A stretch of DNA of 64,000 nucleotides from Octopus vulgaris (Eukaryota). A model generated the notes under the pieces. That model was not told the origin of the DNA, did not search any database, and saw only the letters and a list, made by a program, of their open reading frames with translations. The stretch is from NCBI GenBank assembly GCA_951406725.2, contig OX597825.1:58466001-58530000 (forward strand). The letters run 5' to 3'. Within the stretch, counting starts at the first letter, position 1; the number at the start of each line of letters is the position of its first letter. Positions 63,838 through 64,000 of the stretch are shown here, piece by piece. A program made the position numbers and the translations under genes.

Positions 63838-64000
63838 GTGCTGGTGGCATGTAAAAACCACCCACTACACTCACAGAGTGGTTGGCATTAGGAAGGGCAT
63901 CCAGCTGTAGAAACTCTGCCAGATCAGATTGGAGCCTGGTGCAGCCATTTGGTTCACCAGTCCTCAGTCAAATTGTCCAACCCATGCTAGCATGGAAAGC
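63838..64000 (+). mobile_element. RTE-associated 3' module (runs off the window)
   Basis: Near-identical to 27228-27393. Confidence 0.8.

Overview
AT-rich, repeat-dense animal DNA. The SINE families and the density of (TA)n/(CA)n/(TAA)n repeats strongly suggest an octopus (coleoid cephalopod) intron or intergenic region; this is an inference. I find no supportable host protein-coding exon: nearly all ORFs in the track are microsatellite or SINE read-throughs, and the rest are decayed transposon ORFs. These include Tc1 and mariner transposases, CR1-, RTE- and R4/Dong-type LINE ends, and Penelope-like RT fragments. The most notable signal is a set of small fold-back elements, mostly beside (TA)n tracts, in which an inverted copy of the element's own 3' part abuts its 5' end, as in Penelope-like element (PLE) insertions. 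Several carry minimal type-I hammerhead ribozyme (HHR) cores of unrelated sequence: 20329-20414 (+), 20668-20710 (-), 56780-56825 (+), and eroded ones near 13.5, 15.6, 19.9, 46.0 and 47.0 kb. One element fuses a tRNA-derived Pol III head to the HHR (56520-56873). Another is a tRNA-head SINE with the same fold-back but no HHR (38606-38936). Together with PLE RT remnants at 51-53.5 kb, this suggests a family of PLE-mobilised, ribozyme-bearing SINEs or retrozymes. All folds, alignments and family assignments were made by eye, and repeat boundaries are approximate.
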